A DNA stretch of 64,000 bases from the human T2T-CHM13v2.0 reference genome, Homo sapiens: NCBI RefSeq assembly GCF_009914755.1, contig NC_060948.1; one strand, written 5' to 3'. The notes below the pieces were generated by a model. The model had not been told where the DNA came from. It saw only the letters and a list, made by a program, of their open reading frames with translations, and ran no database searches. Positions 42,697 through 56,300 of this stretch are shown piece after piece. The position numbers and the translations under genes were made by a program. How positions within the stretch are numbered: the first letter of the stretch is position 1; each line of letters begins with the position of its first letter.

Positions 42697-45600
42697 CAGA
42701 TAGAGTAGAATGTAATGGAATGGAGTGCAGTGCAATGGAAGGGAATGGAATTGAATGCAATGGAATGGAATGGAATGGAATGGAATGGAATGGAATGGAA
42801 TGGAATGGAATGGAATGGGATGGAATGGTATGGAATGGATAGTAATGGACTGGAGTGAAATGGACTGGAAAGGAATGGACTCAAATTGAAAGGGCTCGAA
42901 AGGAATGGAGTCAAATGGAATGGTCTGGAATGGAATGAACACGAAAGTAATGCAATCCAATAGAATGGAATCGAATGGCATGGAATATAAAGAAATGGAA
43001 TCGAAGAGAATGGAAACAAATGGAATGGAATTGAATGGAATGGAATTGAATGGAATGGGAACGAATGGAGTGAAATTGTATGCAGTAGAAGGGAATAGAA
43101 TGTAATGCAAGCGAAAGGAAAGGAATGGATTGGAATGGAATGGAATTCATTGGAATGGAAGGGAATGTAGTGTAATGGACAGGCCTGGAATAAAGTGGAA
43201 TGCTACGGTCTCGAATGGAATAAAAATGTATGGAATGGAATGCAATGAAACGGAATCGAATGTCATAGAATGTAATGGAATGCAAAAAAATGGAATCCAA
43301 AATCATTGACTGGAAAGGCTGGGTGTCGAAAGGAATTGACTCCAATGGAATGGAATCGAATGGAATGGAAGTGAATAGAATCGAACTAAATCGAATGGAA
43401 TGGAATTGATAGGAACGGAATGGAAAGGAATGCAATGATTTGGCATGGAATGGAATCGAATGGCATCGAATGGAGTGGAATGGAATGCAATGGAATGGAA
43501 TGTATTAGAATGTAATGAACTTTAATGGAATGTACTCGAATGGATTCGACTGGAATGGAATGTTCTGGAAGTGAATGGACTCCAATGGAATGGATTCAAA
43601 AGGAATGGAATCGTACGGAATGGAATCTAATGGAATGGAATTAAATGGAAATGAATCAAATTGAATAGCACGGAATTGAATTGAATGGAATCGAATGCAA
43701 TGGAATCTAATGAAACGGAAAGGAAAGGAATGGAATGGAATGGAATGGACTGGAATGGAAAGGAATCGAAACGAATGGAATGGAATCGAACTGAAGAGAC
43801 TGGAATGGAATGCACTGGAATGGAAGGGAGTGTAATGGAAGGTTCTCGAAAGAAATGGAATCGAATGGAATGGAATTGAATGGAACGGAATAGAGTCGAA
43901 TGGAATTGAATGGAATGGAACGGACTAGAGTGAAATGGAATCGAACCGCAAGGAATGGACAGGAATAGAATGGTCTCGAATTGAATGGAATCATATGGAA
44001 TGGCATCAAACGGAATGGAATGGACAGCCACGGAATGGAATGCACTCGAATGCAATGGAGTCGAAACTAATGGACTGGAATAGAATGGACTCGACTGGTA
44101 CGGACTCCAATGGAATGGAATCGAATGGAAGGGAATCGAACGGAATGGACTCGAAGGGAAAAGACTGCAATGGAAAGGTCTCGAATGGAATGGAAATTAA
44201 TGGAATGGAATGGAATCGAATGAAATGGAGTCAAAAGGAATGGAATCGAATGGCAAGAAATCGAATGTAGTGGAATCGCAAGGAATTGATGTGAACGGAA
44301 CGGAATGGAATGGAATCCAAAGGAATGGAATAGAATGGAATGGAATCGAATGGAAAGGACTCGAATGGAAATCACTCGAATAGAATGCAATTTAATAAAA
44401 TAGGATCAAATGTAATGGAATGGAATGGAAAGGAATCGAATCGAAAGGAATGGAGACAGATGGAATGGAATGGAACAGAGAGCAATGGTATAGAATGGAA
44501 TGGAATCATCTGGAATGGAATTGAATGGAATGGAATAATATGAAATGGAATGGAATGGAATGGAATGGAATGCCCTTGAATTAAATGGACTGGAATGGAA
44601 TGGACTCGAACAGAGTGGAATGGAAAGTGTTGAGATAGAATGGAATGGACTCCTTTGGAATGGTGTAGTATGCAATGCAATCGACTGGCAGGGAATCAAA
44701 AGGAATGTAATGGAATGGATTGGAGTGGAATGCAATGGACAGGAATAGATTGGAAACGGAATGCAAAGGAATGGAATGGAATAGTATGGAATGGAATGGA
44801 AAGGAATGGAGTGGAATAGACTAGAGTGGAATGCAATGGACTGGAAAGCAATGGACTGGAATGGAACTTTCTTGAATGGACTGGAATCAAACGGAATGGA
44901 ATGCAATGCAATCAAATGGCATGGAATAAAATAGAATGAAAGAGAATCAAATGGAATTGAATCGAATGGAATCGAATGGATTGGAAAGGAATAGAATGGA
45001 ATGGAATGGAATTGACTCAAATGGAATGGACTAGAATGGAATGGATTCGAATGGAAGGCAAAGGAATGGAATCTATTGGAATGGACTGTAATGGAATGGA
45101 ATGGAAGGGATTGGAATGGACTCGAATGGAATGGACTGCAATAGAAAGGATTCGAATGGAATGAAAAAGAATTGAATGGAATAGAACAGAATGGAATCAA
45201 ATCGAATGAAATGGAATGGAATAGAAAGGAATGGAATGAAATGGAATGGAAAGGATTCGAATGGAATGCAATCGAATGGAATGGAATCGAACGGAATGGA
45301 ATAAAATGGAAGAAAACTGGCAAGAAATGGAATCGAAATGAATGGAGTGTTTTGGAACGGACTCAAAAAGAATTGAATGTAATAGAATGGAGTGGAGTGG
45401 ACTCGAATATAATGGACTGGAATGGAATGAAATCACATGGAATGGGAACGAATGGAATGGAATGGAAAGGAATGGAATCGAATGGAAAGGAATCGAATGG
45501 AAGGGAATGAAATTGAATCAACAGGAATGGAAGGGAATAGAATAGACGGTAATGGAATGGACTCGAATAGAATGGACACGAATGCTCAAATTGAATGGAC

Positions 45601-46275
45601 TCGAATGGAATGGAAACGAAAGGAATGTCATCGAATGGAATTGAATCGATCGGAATGAAATCGCATAGAATGGAGTGGAATCAAATGGAATTGAATCGAA
45701 AGGAAAGGAAGCGAATGGACTGAAATGAAATGGAATGGAATTGAATGGAAAGTAATGAAATGGAATAGAATGGAACGAAATTTCACGGAATGGAATCAAA
45801 CTGAATGGAATCAAATCAATGGAATCTAATCAAATGGAATGGAAAGGAATTGAATGGAGTAGATTGGATTGGATGGGATTGGAATGAAATGTACTGGAAA
45901 GGACTCGAATTTCATGAAACGGAATGGAATGAATTGGAACGGAATGGACTCGAATGGAATGGAATGTCATGGAATGGCATCAAATGGAATGGCATCAAAT
46001 GGAATGGAATCGAATGCAATGGAATGCTATGGAATGGAATGGAATGCATTGGAATGGAATGTCCTCTAATGGAATGGATTCGAGTGGAATGGAATCGAAT
46101 ATAATGGAGTCGAATGAAATGGAATTGAAAGGAATGGGATCGAATACAATGGAATATACTGGAATGTAATGTAATGAACTCGAATGTAATTGACTGGAAT
46201 GGAATGTACATGAATGGAATGTAATCGAATGGAAAGTAATCCAATGGAATAGAATCTAATGCAATAAAACCGACT
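42697..46275 (+). repeat. DYZ1 unit 13 (3579 bp)
   Basis: Landmarks at 42697 and 46276. Confidence 0.92.
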
Positions 46276-49200
46276 CAGATAGAGTAGAATGTAATGGAAT
46301 GGAGTGCAGTGCAATGGAATGGAATGGAATTGAATGCAATGGAATGGAATGGAATGGAATGGAATGGAATGGGATGGAATGGTATGGAATGGATAGTAAT
46401 GGACTGGAGTGAAATGGACTGGAAAGGAATGGACTCAAATTGAAAGGGCTCGAAAGGAATGGAGTCAAATGGAATGGTCTGGAATGGAATGAACACGAAT
46501 GTAATGCAATCCAATAGAACGGAATCGAATGGCATGGAATATAAAGAAATGGATTAGAAGAGAATGGAAACAAATGGAATGGAATTGAATGGAATGGAAT
46601 TGAATGGAATGGGAACGAATGGAGTGAAATTGTATGCAGTAGAAGGGAATAGAATGGAATGCAAGCGAAAGGAAAGGAATGGATTGGAATGGAATGGAAT
46701 TCATTGGAATGGAAGGGAATGTAGTGTATTGGACAGGCCTGGAATAAAGTGGAATGCTACGGTCTCGAATGGAATAAAAATGTATGGAATGGAATGCAAT
46801 GAAACGGAATCGAATGTCATAGAATGTAATGGAATGCAACAAAATGGAATCCAAAATCATTGACTGGAAAGGCTGGGTGTCGAAAGGAATTGACTCCAAT
46901 GGAATGGACTCGAATGGAATGGAAGTGAATAGAATCGAACTAAATCGAATGGAATGGAATTGATAGGAACGGAATGGAAAGGAATGCAATGATTTGGCAT
47001 GGAATGGAATCGAATGGCATCGAATGGAATGGAATGGAATGTAATGGAATGGAATGTATTAGAATGTAATGAGCTTTAATGGAATGTACTCGAATGGATT
47101 CGACTGGAATGGAATGTTCTGGAAGTGAATGGACTCCAATGGAATGGATTCAAAAGGAATGGAATCGTACGGAATGGAATCTAATGGAATGGAATTAAAT
47201 GGAAATGAATCAAATTGAATAGCACGGAATTGAATTGAATGGAATGGAATGCAATGGAATCTAATGAAACGGAAAGGAAAGGAATGGAATGGAATGGGCT
47301 GGAATGGAAAGGAATCGAAACGAATGGAATGGAATCGAACTGAAGAGACTGGAATGGAATGCACTGGAATGGAAGGGAGTGTAATGGAAGGTTCTCGAAA
47401 AAAATGGAATCGAATGGAATGGAATTGAATGGAACGGAATAGAGTCGAATGGAATTGAATGGAATGGAATGGACTAGAGTGAAATGGAATCGAACCACAA
47501 GGAATGGACAGGAATAGAATGGTCTCGAATTGAATGGAATCGTATGGAATGGCATCAAACGGAATGGAATGGACAGCCACGGAATGGAATGCACTCGAAT
47601 GCAATGGAGTCGAAACTAATGGAATGGAATAGAATGGACTCGACTGGTACGGACTCCAATGGAATGGAATCGAATGGAAGGGAATCGAACGGAATGGACT
47701 CGAAGGGAAAAGACTGCAATGGAAAGGTCTCGAATGGAATGGAAATTAATGGAATGGAATGGAATCGAATGAAATGGAGTCAAAAGGAATGGAATCGAAT
47801 GGCAAGAAATCGAATGTAATGGAATCGCAAGGAATTGATGTGAACGGAACGGAATGGAATGGAATCCAAAGGAATGGAATAGAATGGAATGGAATCGAAT
47901 GGAAAGGACTCGAATGGAAATCACTCGAATAGAATGCAATTTAATAAAATAGGATCAAATGTAATGGAATGGAATGGAAAGGAATCGAAACGAAAGGAAT
48001 GGAGACAGATGGAATGGAATAGAACAGAGAGCAATGGTATAGAATGGAATGGAATCATCTGGAATGGAATTGAATGGAATGGAATAATATGAAATGGAAT
48101 GGAATGGAATGGAATGGAATGCCCTTGAATTAAATGGACTGGAATGGAATGGACTCGAACAGAGTGGAATGGAAAGTGTTGAGATAGAATGGAATGGACT
48201 CCTTTGGAATGGTGTAGTATGCAATGCAATCGACTGGCATGGAATCAAAAGGAATGTAATGGAATGGATTGGACTGGAATGCAATGGACTCGAATAGATT
48301 GCAAACGGAATGCAAAGGAATGGAATGGAATAGTATGGAATGGAATGGAAAGGAATGGAGTGGAATAGACTAGAGTGGAATGCAATGGACTGGAAAGCAA
48401 TGGACTGGAATGGAACTTTCTTGAATGGACTGGAATCAAACGGAATGGAATGCAATGCAATCAAATGGCATGGAATAAAATAGAATGAAAGAGAATCAAA
48501 TGGAATTGAATCGAATGGAATCGAATGGATTGGAAAGGAATAGAATGGAATGGAATGGAATTGACTCAAATGGAAGGGACTAGAATGGAATGGATTCGAA
48601 TGGAAGGCAAAGGAATGGAATCTATTGGAATGGACTGTAATGGAATGGAATGGAAGGGATTGGAATGGACTCGAATGGAATGGACTGCAATAGAAAGGAT
48701 TCGAATGGAATGAAAAAGAATTGAATGGAATAGAACAGAATGGAATCAAATCGAATGAAATGGAATGGAATAGAAAGGAATGGAATGAAATGGAATGGAA
48801 AGGATTCGAATGGAATGCAATCGAATGGAATGGAATCGAACGGAATGGAATAAAATGGAAGAAAACTGGCAAGAAATGGAATCGAAATGAATGGAGTGTT
48901 ATGGAACGGACTCAAAAGGAATTGAATGTAATAGAATGGAGTGGAGTGGACTCGAATATAATGGACTGGAATGGAATGAAATCACATGGAATGGGAACGA
49001 ATGGAATGGAATGGAAAGGAATGGAATCGAATGGAAAGGAATCGAATGGAAGGGAATGAAATTGAATCAACAGGAATGGAAGGGAATAGAATAGACGGTA
49101 ATGGAATGGACTCGAATAGAATGGACACGAATGCTCAAATTGAATGGACTCGAATGGAATGGAAACGAAAGGAATGTCATCGAATGGAATTGAATCGATT

Positions 49201-49824
49201 GGAATGAAATCGCATAGAATGGAGTGGAATCAAATGGAATTGAATCGAAAGGAAAGGAAGCGAATGGACTGAAATGAAATGGAATGGAATTGAATGGAAA
49301 GTAATGCAATGGAATAGAATGGAACGAAATTTCACGGAATGGAATCAAACTGAATGGAATCAAATCAATGGAATCTAATCAAATGGAATGGAAAGGAATT
49401 GAATGGAGTAGATTGGATTGGATGGGATTGGAATGAAATGTACTGGAAAGGACTCGAATTTCATGAAACGGCATGGAATGAATTGGAACGGAATGGACTC
49501 GAATGGAATGGAATGTCATGGAATGGCATCAAATGGAATGGCATCAAATGGAATGGAATCGAATGCAATGGAATGCTATGGAATGGAATGGAATGCATTG
49601 GAATGGAATGTCCTCTAATGGAATGGATTCGAGTGGAATGGAATCGAATATAATGGAGTCGAATGAAATGGAATTGAAAGGAATGGGATCGAATACAATG
49701 GAATATACTGGAATGTAATGTAATGAACTCGAATGTAATTGACTGGAATGGAATGTACATGAATGGAATGTAATCGAATGGAAAGTAATCCAGTGGAATA
49801 GAATCTAATGCAATAAAATCGACT
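46276..49824 (+). repeat. DYZ1 unit 14 (3549 bp)
   Basis: Landmarks at 46276 and 49825; one pentamer lost near 47285. Confidence 0.92.
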
Positions 49825-52800
49825 CAGATAGAGTAGAATGTAATGGATTGGATTGCAGTGCAATGGAATGGAATGGAATGGAATGCAATGGAATGGAATG
49901 GAATGGAATGGAATGGAATGGAATGGGATGGAATGGTATGGAATGGATAGTAATGGACTGGAGTGAAATGGACTGGAAAGGAATGGACTCAAATTGAAAG
50001 GGCTCGAAAGGAATGGAGTCAAATGGAATGGTCTGGAATGGAATGAACACGAATGTAATGCAATCCAATAGAATGTAATCGAATGGCATGGAATATAAAG
50101 AAATGGAATCGGAGAGAATGGAAACAAATGGAGTGGAATTGAATGGAATGGAATTGAATGGACTGGGAACGAATGGAGTGAAATTGTATGCAGTAGATGG
50201 GAATAGAATGGAATGCAAGCGAAAGGAAAGGAATGGATTGGAATGGAATGGAATTCATTGGAATGGAAGGGAATGTAGTGTAATGGACAGGCCTGGAATA
50301 AAGTGGAATGCTACGGTCTCGAATGGAATAAAAATGTATGGAATGGAATGCAATGAAATGGAATCGAATGTCATAGAATGTAATGGAATGCAACAAAATG
50401 GAATCCAAAATCATTGACTGGAAAGGGTGGGTGTCGAAAGGAATTGACTCCAATGGAATGGAATCGAATGGAATGGAAGTGAATAGAATCGAACTAAATC
50501 GAATGGAATGGAATTGATAGGAACGGAATGGAAAGGAATGCAATGATTTGGCATGGAATGGAATCGAATGGCATCGAACGGAATGGAATGGAATGCAATG
50601 GAATGGAATGTATTAGAATGTAATGAACTTTAATGGAATGTACTCGAATGGATTCGACTGGAATGGAATGTTCTGGAAGTGAATGGACTCCAATGGAATG
50701 GATTCAAAAGGAATGGAATCGTACGGAATGGAATCTAATGGAATGGAATTAAATGGAAATGAATCAAATTGAATAGCACGCAATTGAATTGAATGGAATG
50801 GAATGCAATGGAATCTAATGAAACGGCAAGGAAAGGAATGGAATGGAATGGAATGGGCTGGAATGGAAAGGAATCGAAACGAATGGAATGGAATCGAACT
50901 GAAGAGACTGGAATGGAATGCACTGGAATGGAAGGGAGTGTAATGGAAGTTTCTCGAAAAAAATGGAATCGAATGGAATGGAATTGAATGGAACGGAATA
51001 GAGTCGAATGGAATTGAATGGAATGGAATGGACTAGAGTGAAATGGAATCGAACCACAAGGAATGGACAGGAATAGAATGGTCTCGAATTGAATGGAATC
51101 GTATGGAATGGCATCAAACGGAATGGAATGGACAGCCACGGAATGGAATGCACTCGAATGCAATGGAGTCGACACTAATGGACTGGAATAGAATGGACTC
51201 GACTGGTACGGACTCCAATGGAATGGAATCGAATGGAAGGGAATCGAACGGAATGGACTCGAAGGGAAAAGACTGCAATGGAAAGGTCTCGAATGGAATG
51301 GAAATTAATGGAATGGAATGGAATCGAATGAAATGGAGTCAAAAGGAATGGAATCGAATGGCAAGAAATCGAATGTAATGGAATCGCAAGGAATTGATGT
51401 GAACGGAACGGAATGGAATGGAATCCAAAGGAATGGAATAGAATGGAATGGAATCGAATGGAAAGGACTCGAATGGAAATCACTCGAATAGAATGCAATT
51501 TAATAAAATAGGATCAAATGTAATGGAATGGAATGGAAAGGAATCGAAACGAAAGGAATGGAGACAGATGGAATGGAATGGAACAGAGAGCAATGGTATA
51601 GAATGGAATGGAATCATCTGGAATGGAATTGAATGGAATGGAATAATATGAAATGGAATGGAATGGAATGGAATGGAATGCCCTTGAATTAAATGGACTG
51701 GAATGGAATGGACTCGAACAGAGTGGAATGGAAAGTGTTGAGATAGAATGGAATGGACTCCTTTGGAATGGTGTAGTATGCAATGCAATCGACTGGCAGG
51801 GAATCAAAAGGAATGTAATCGAATGGATTGGACTGGAATGCAATGGACTCGAATAGATTGGAAACGGAATGCAAAGGAATGGAATGGAATAGTATGGAAT
51901 GGAATGGAAAGGAATGGAGTGGAATAGACTAGAGTGGAATGGAATGGACTGGAAAGCAATGGACTGGAATGGAACTTTCTTGAATGGACTGGAATCAAAC
52001 GGAATGGAATGCAATACAATCAAATGGCATGGAATAAAATAGAATGAAAGAGAATCAAATGGAATTGAATCGAATGGAATCGAATGGATTGGAAAGGAAT
52101 AGAATGGAATGGAATGGAATTGACTCAAATGGAATGGACTAGAATGGAATGGATTCGAATGGAAGGCAAAGGAATGGAATCTATTGGAATGGACTGTAAT
52201 GGAATGGAATGGAAGGGATTGGAATGGACTCGAATGGAATGGACTGCAATAGAAAGGATTCGAATGGAATGAAAAAGAATTGAATGGAATAGAACAGAAT
52301 GGAATCAAATCGAATGAAATGGAATGGAATAGAAAGGAATGGAATGAAATGGAATGGAAAGGATTCGAATGGAATGCAATCGAATGGAATGGAATCGAAC
52401 GGAATGGAATAAAATGGAAGAAAACTGGCAAGAAATGGAATCGAAATGAATGGAGTGTTATGGAACGGACTCAAAAGGAATTGAATGTAATAGAATGGAG
52501 TGGAGTGGACTCGAATATAATGGACTGGAATGGAATGAAATCACATGGAATGGGAACGAATGGAATGGAATGGAAAGGAATGGAATCGAATGGAAAGGAA
52601 TCGAATGGAAGGGAATGAAATTGAATCAACAGGAATGGAAGGGAATAGAATAGACGGTAATGGAATGGACTCGAATAGAATGGACACGAATGCTCAAATT
52701 GAATGGACTCGAATGGAATGGAAACGAAAGGAATGTCATCGAATGGAATTGAATCGATTGGAATGAAATCGCATAGAATGGAGTGGAATCAAATGGAATT

Positions 52801-53383
52801 GAATCGAAAGGAAAGGAAGCGAATGGACTGAAATGAAATGGAATGGAATTGAATGGAAAGTAATGCAATGGAATAGAATGGAACGAAATTTCACGGAATG
52901 GAATCAAACTGAATGGAATCAAATCAATGGAATCAAATCAAATGGAATGGAAAGGAATTGAATGGAGTAGATTGGATTGGATGGGATTGGAATGAAATGT
53001 ACTGGAAAGGACTCGAATTTCATGAAACGGAATGGAATGAATTGGAACGGAATGGACTCGAATGGAATGGAATGTCATGGAATGGCATCAAATGGAATGG
53101 CATCAAATGGAATGGAATCGAATGCAATGGAATGCTATGGAATGGAATGGAATGCATTGGAATGGAATGTCCTCTAATGGAATGGATTCGAGTGGAATGG
53201 AATCGAATATAATGGAGTCGAATGAAATGGAATTGAAAGGAATGGGATCGAATACAATGGAATATACTGGAATGTAATGTAATGAACTCGAATGTAATTG
53301 ACTGGAATGGAATGTACATGAATGGAATGTAATCGAATGGAAAGTAATCCAATGGAATAGAATCTAATGCGATAAAACCGACT
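49825..53383 (+). repeat. DYZ1 unit 15 (3559 bp)
   Basis: Landmarks at 49825 and 53384. Confidence 0.92.
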
Positions 53384-56300
53384 CAGATAGAGTAGAATGT
53401 AATGGAATGGAGTGCAGTGCAATGGAAGGGAATGGAATTGAATGCAATGGAATGGAATGGAATGGAATGGAATGGAATGGAATGGAATGGAATGGGATGG
53501 AATGGTATGGAATGGATAGTAATGGACTGGAGTGAAATGGACTGGAAAGGAATGGACTCAAATTGAAAGGGCTCGAAAGGAATGGAGTCAAATGGAATGG
53601 TCTGGAATGGAATGAACACGAAAGTAATGCAATCCAATAGAATGGAATCGAATGGCATGGAATATAAAGAAATGGAATCGAAGAGAATGGAAACAAATGG
53701 AATGGAATTGAATGGAATGGAATTGAATGGAATGGGAACGAATGGAGTGAAATTGTATGCAGTAGAAGGGAATAGAATGTAATGTAAGCGAAAGGAAAGG
53801 AATGGATTGGAATGGAATGGAAATCATTGGAATGGAAGGGAATGTAGTGTAATGGACAGGCCTGGAATAAAGTGGAATGCTACGGTCTCGAATGGAATAA
53901 AAATGTATGGAATGGAATGCAATGAAACGGAATCGAATGTCATAAAATGTAATGGAATGCAAAAAAATGGAATCCAAAATCATTGACTGGAAAGGCTGGG
54001 TGTCGAAAGGAATTGACTCCAATGGAATGGAATCGAATGGAATGGAAGTGAATAGAATCGAACTAAATCGAATGGAATGGAATTGATAGGAACGGAATGG
54101 AAAGGAATGCAATGATTTGGCATGGAATGGAATCGAATGGCATCGAATGGAATGGAATGGAATGCAATGGAATGGAATGTATTAGAATGTAATGAACTTT
54201 AATGGAATGTACTCGAATGGATTCGACTGGAATGGAATGTTCTGGAAGTGAATGGGCTCCAATGGAATGGAATCAAAAGGAATGGAATCGTACGGAATGG
54301 AATCTAATGTAATGGAATTAAATGGAAATGAATCAAATTGAATAGCACGGAATTGAATTGAATGGAATCGAATGCAATGGAATCTAATGAAACGGAAAGG
54401 AAAGGAATGGAATGGAATGGAATGGGCTGGAATGGAAAGGAATCGAAACGAATGGAATGGAATCGAACTGAAGAGACTGGAATGGAATGCACTGGAATGG
54501 AAGGGAGTGTAATGGAAGGTTCTCGAAAGAAATGGAATCGAATGGAATGGAATTGAATGGAACGGAATAGAGTCGAATGGAATTGAATGGAATGGAATGG
54601 ACTAGAGTGAAATGGAATCGAACCACAAGGAATGGACAGGAATAGAATGGTCTCGAATTGAATGGAATCGTATGGAATGGCATCAAACGGAATGGAATGG
54701 ACAGCCACGGAATGGAATGCACTCGAATGCAATGGAGTCGAAACTAATGGACTGGAATAGAATGGACTCGACTGGTACGGACTCCAATGGAATGGAATCG
54801 AATGGAAGGGAATCGAACGGAATGGACTCGAAGGGAAAAGACTGCAATGGAAAGGTCTCGAATGGAATGGAAATTAATGGAATGGAATGGAATCGAATGA
54901 AATGGAGTCAAAAGGAATGGAATCGAATGGCAAGAAATCGAATGTAATGGAATCGCAAGGAATTGATGTGAACGGAACGGAATGGAATGGAATCCAAAGG
55001 AATGGAATAGAATGGAATGGAATCGAATGGAAAGGACTAGAATGGAAATCACTCGAATAGAATGCAATTTAATAAAATAGGATCAAATGTAATGGAATGG
55101 AATGGAAAGGAATCGAAACGAAAGGAATGGAGACAGATGGAATGGAATGGAACAGAGAGCAATGGTATAGAATGGAATGGAATCATCTGGAATGGAATTG
55201 AATGGAATGGAATAATATGAAATGGAATGGAATGGAATGGAATGGAATGCCCTTGAATTAAATGGACTGGAATGGAATGGACTCGAACAGAGTGGAATGG
55301 AAAGTGTTGAGATAGAATGGAATGGACTCCTTTGGAATGGTCTAGTATGCAATGCAATCGACTGGCAGGGAATCAAAAGGAATGTAATGGAATGGATTGG
55401 ACTGGAATGCAATGGACAGGAATAGATTGGAAACGGAATGCAAAGGAATGGAATGGAATAGTATGGAATGGAATGGAAAGGAATGGAGTGGAATAGACTA
55501 GAGTGGAATGCAATGGACTGGAAAGCAATGGACTGGAATGGAACTTTCTTGAATGGACTGGAATCAAACGGAATGGAATGCAATGCAATCAAATGGCATG
55601 GAATAAAATAGAATGAAAGAGAATCAAATGGAATTGAATCGAATGGAATCGAATGGATTGGAAAGGAATAGAATGGAATGGAATGGAATTCACTCAAATG
55701 GAATGGACTAGAATGGAATGGATTCGAATGGAAGGCAAAGGAATGGAATCTATTGGAATGGACTGTAATGGAATGGAATGGAATTGAATGGAATGGGAAC
55801 GAATGGAGTGAAATTGTATGCAGTAGAAGGGAATAGAATGGAATGCAAGCAAAAGGAAAGGAATGGATTGGAATGGAATGGAATTCATTGGAATGGAAGG
55901 GAATGTAGTGTAATGGACAGGCCTGGAATAAAGTGGAATGCTACGGTCTCGAATGGAATAAAAATGTATGGAATGGAATGCAATGAAATGGAATCGAATG
56001 TCATAGAATGTAATGGAATGCAACAAAATGGAATCCAATATCATTGACTGGAAAGGCTGGGTGTTGAAAGGAATTGACTCCAATGGAATGGAATCGAATG
56101 GAATGGAAGTGAATAGAATCGAACTAAATCGAATGGAATGGAATTGATAGGAACGGAATGGAAAGGAATGCAATGATTTGGCATGGAATGGAATCGAATG
56201 GCATCGAATGGAATGGAATGGAATGCAATGGAATGGAATGTATTAGAATGTAATGAACTTTAATGGAATGTACTCGAATGGATTCGACTGGAATGGAATG

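Noticed and set aside
45820-45835. DUX4-like motif GAATCTAATCA in units 4, 13, 14, 17
   Set aside because: Imperfect match to TAATCTAATCA, present in only a few units; too weak without binding data
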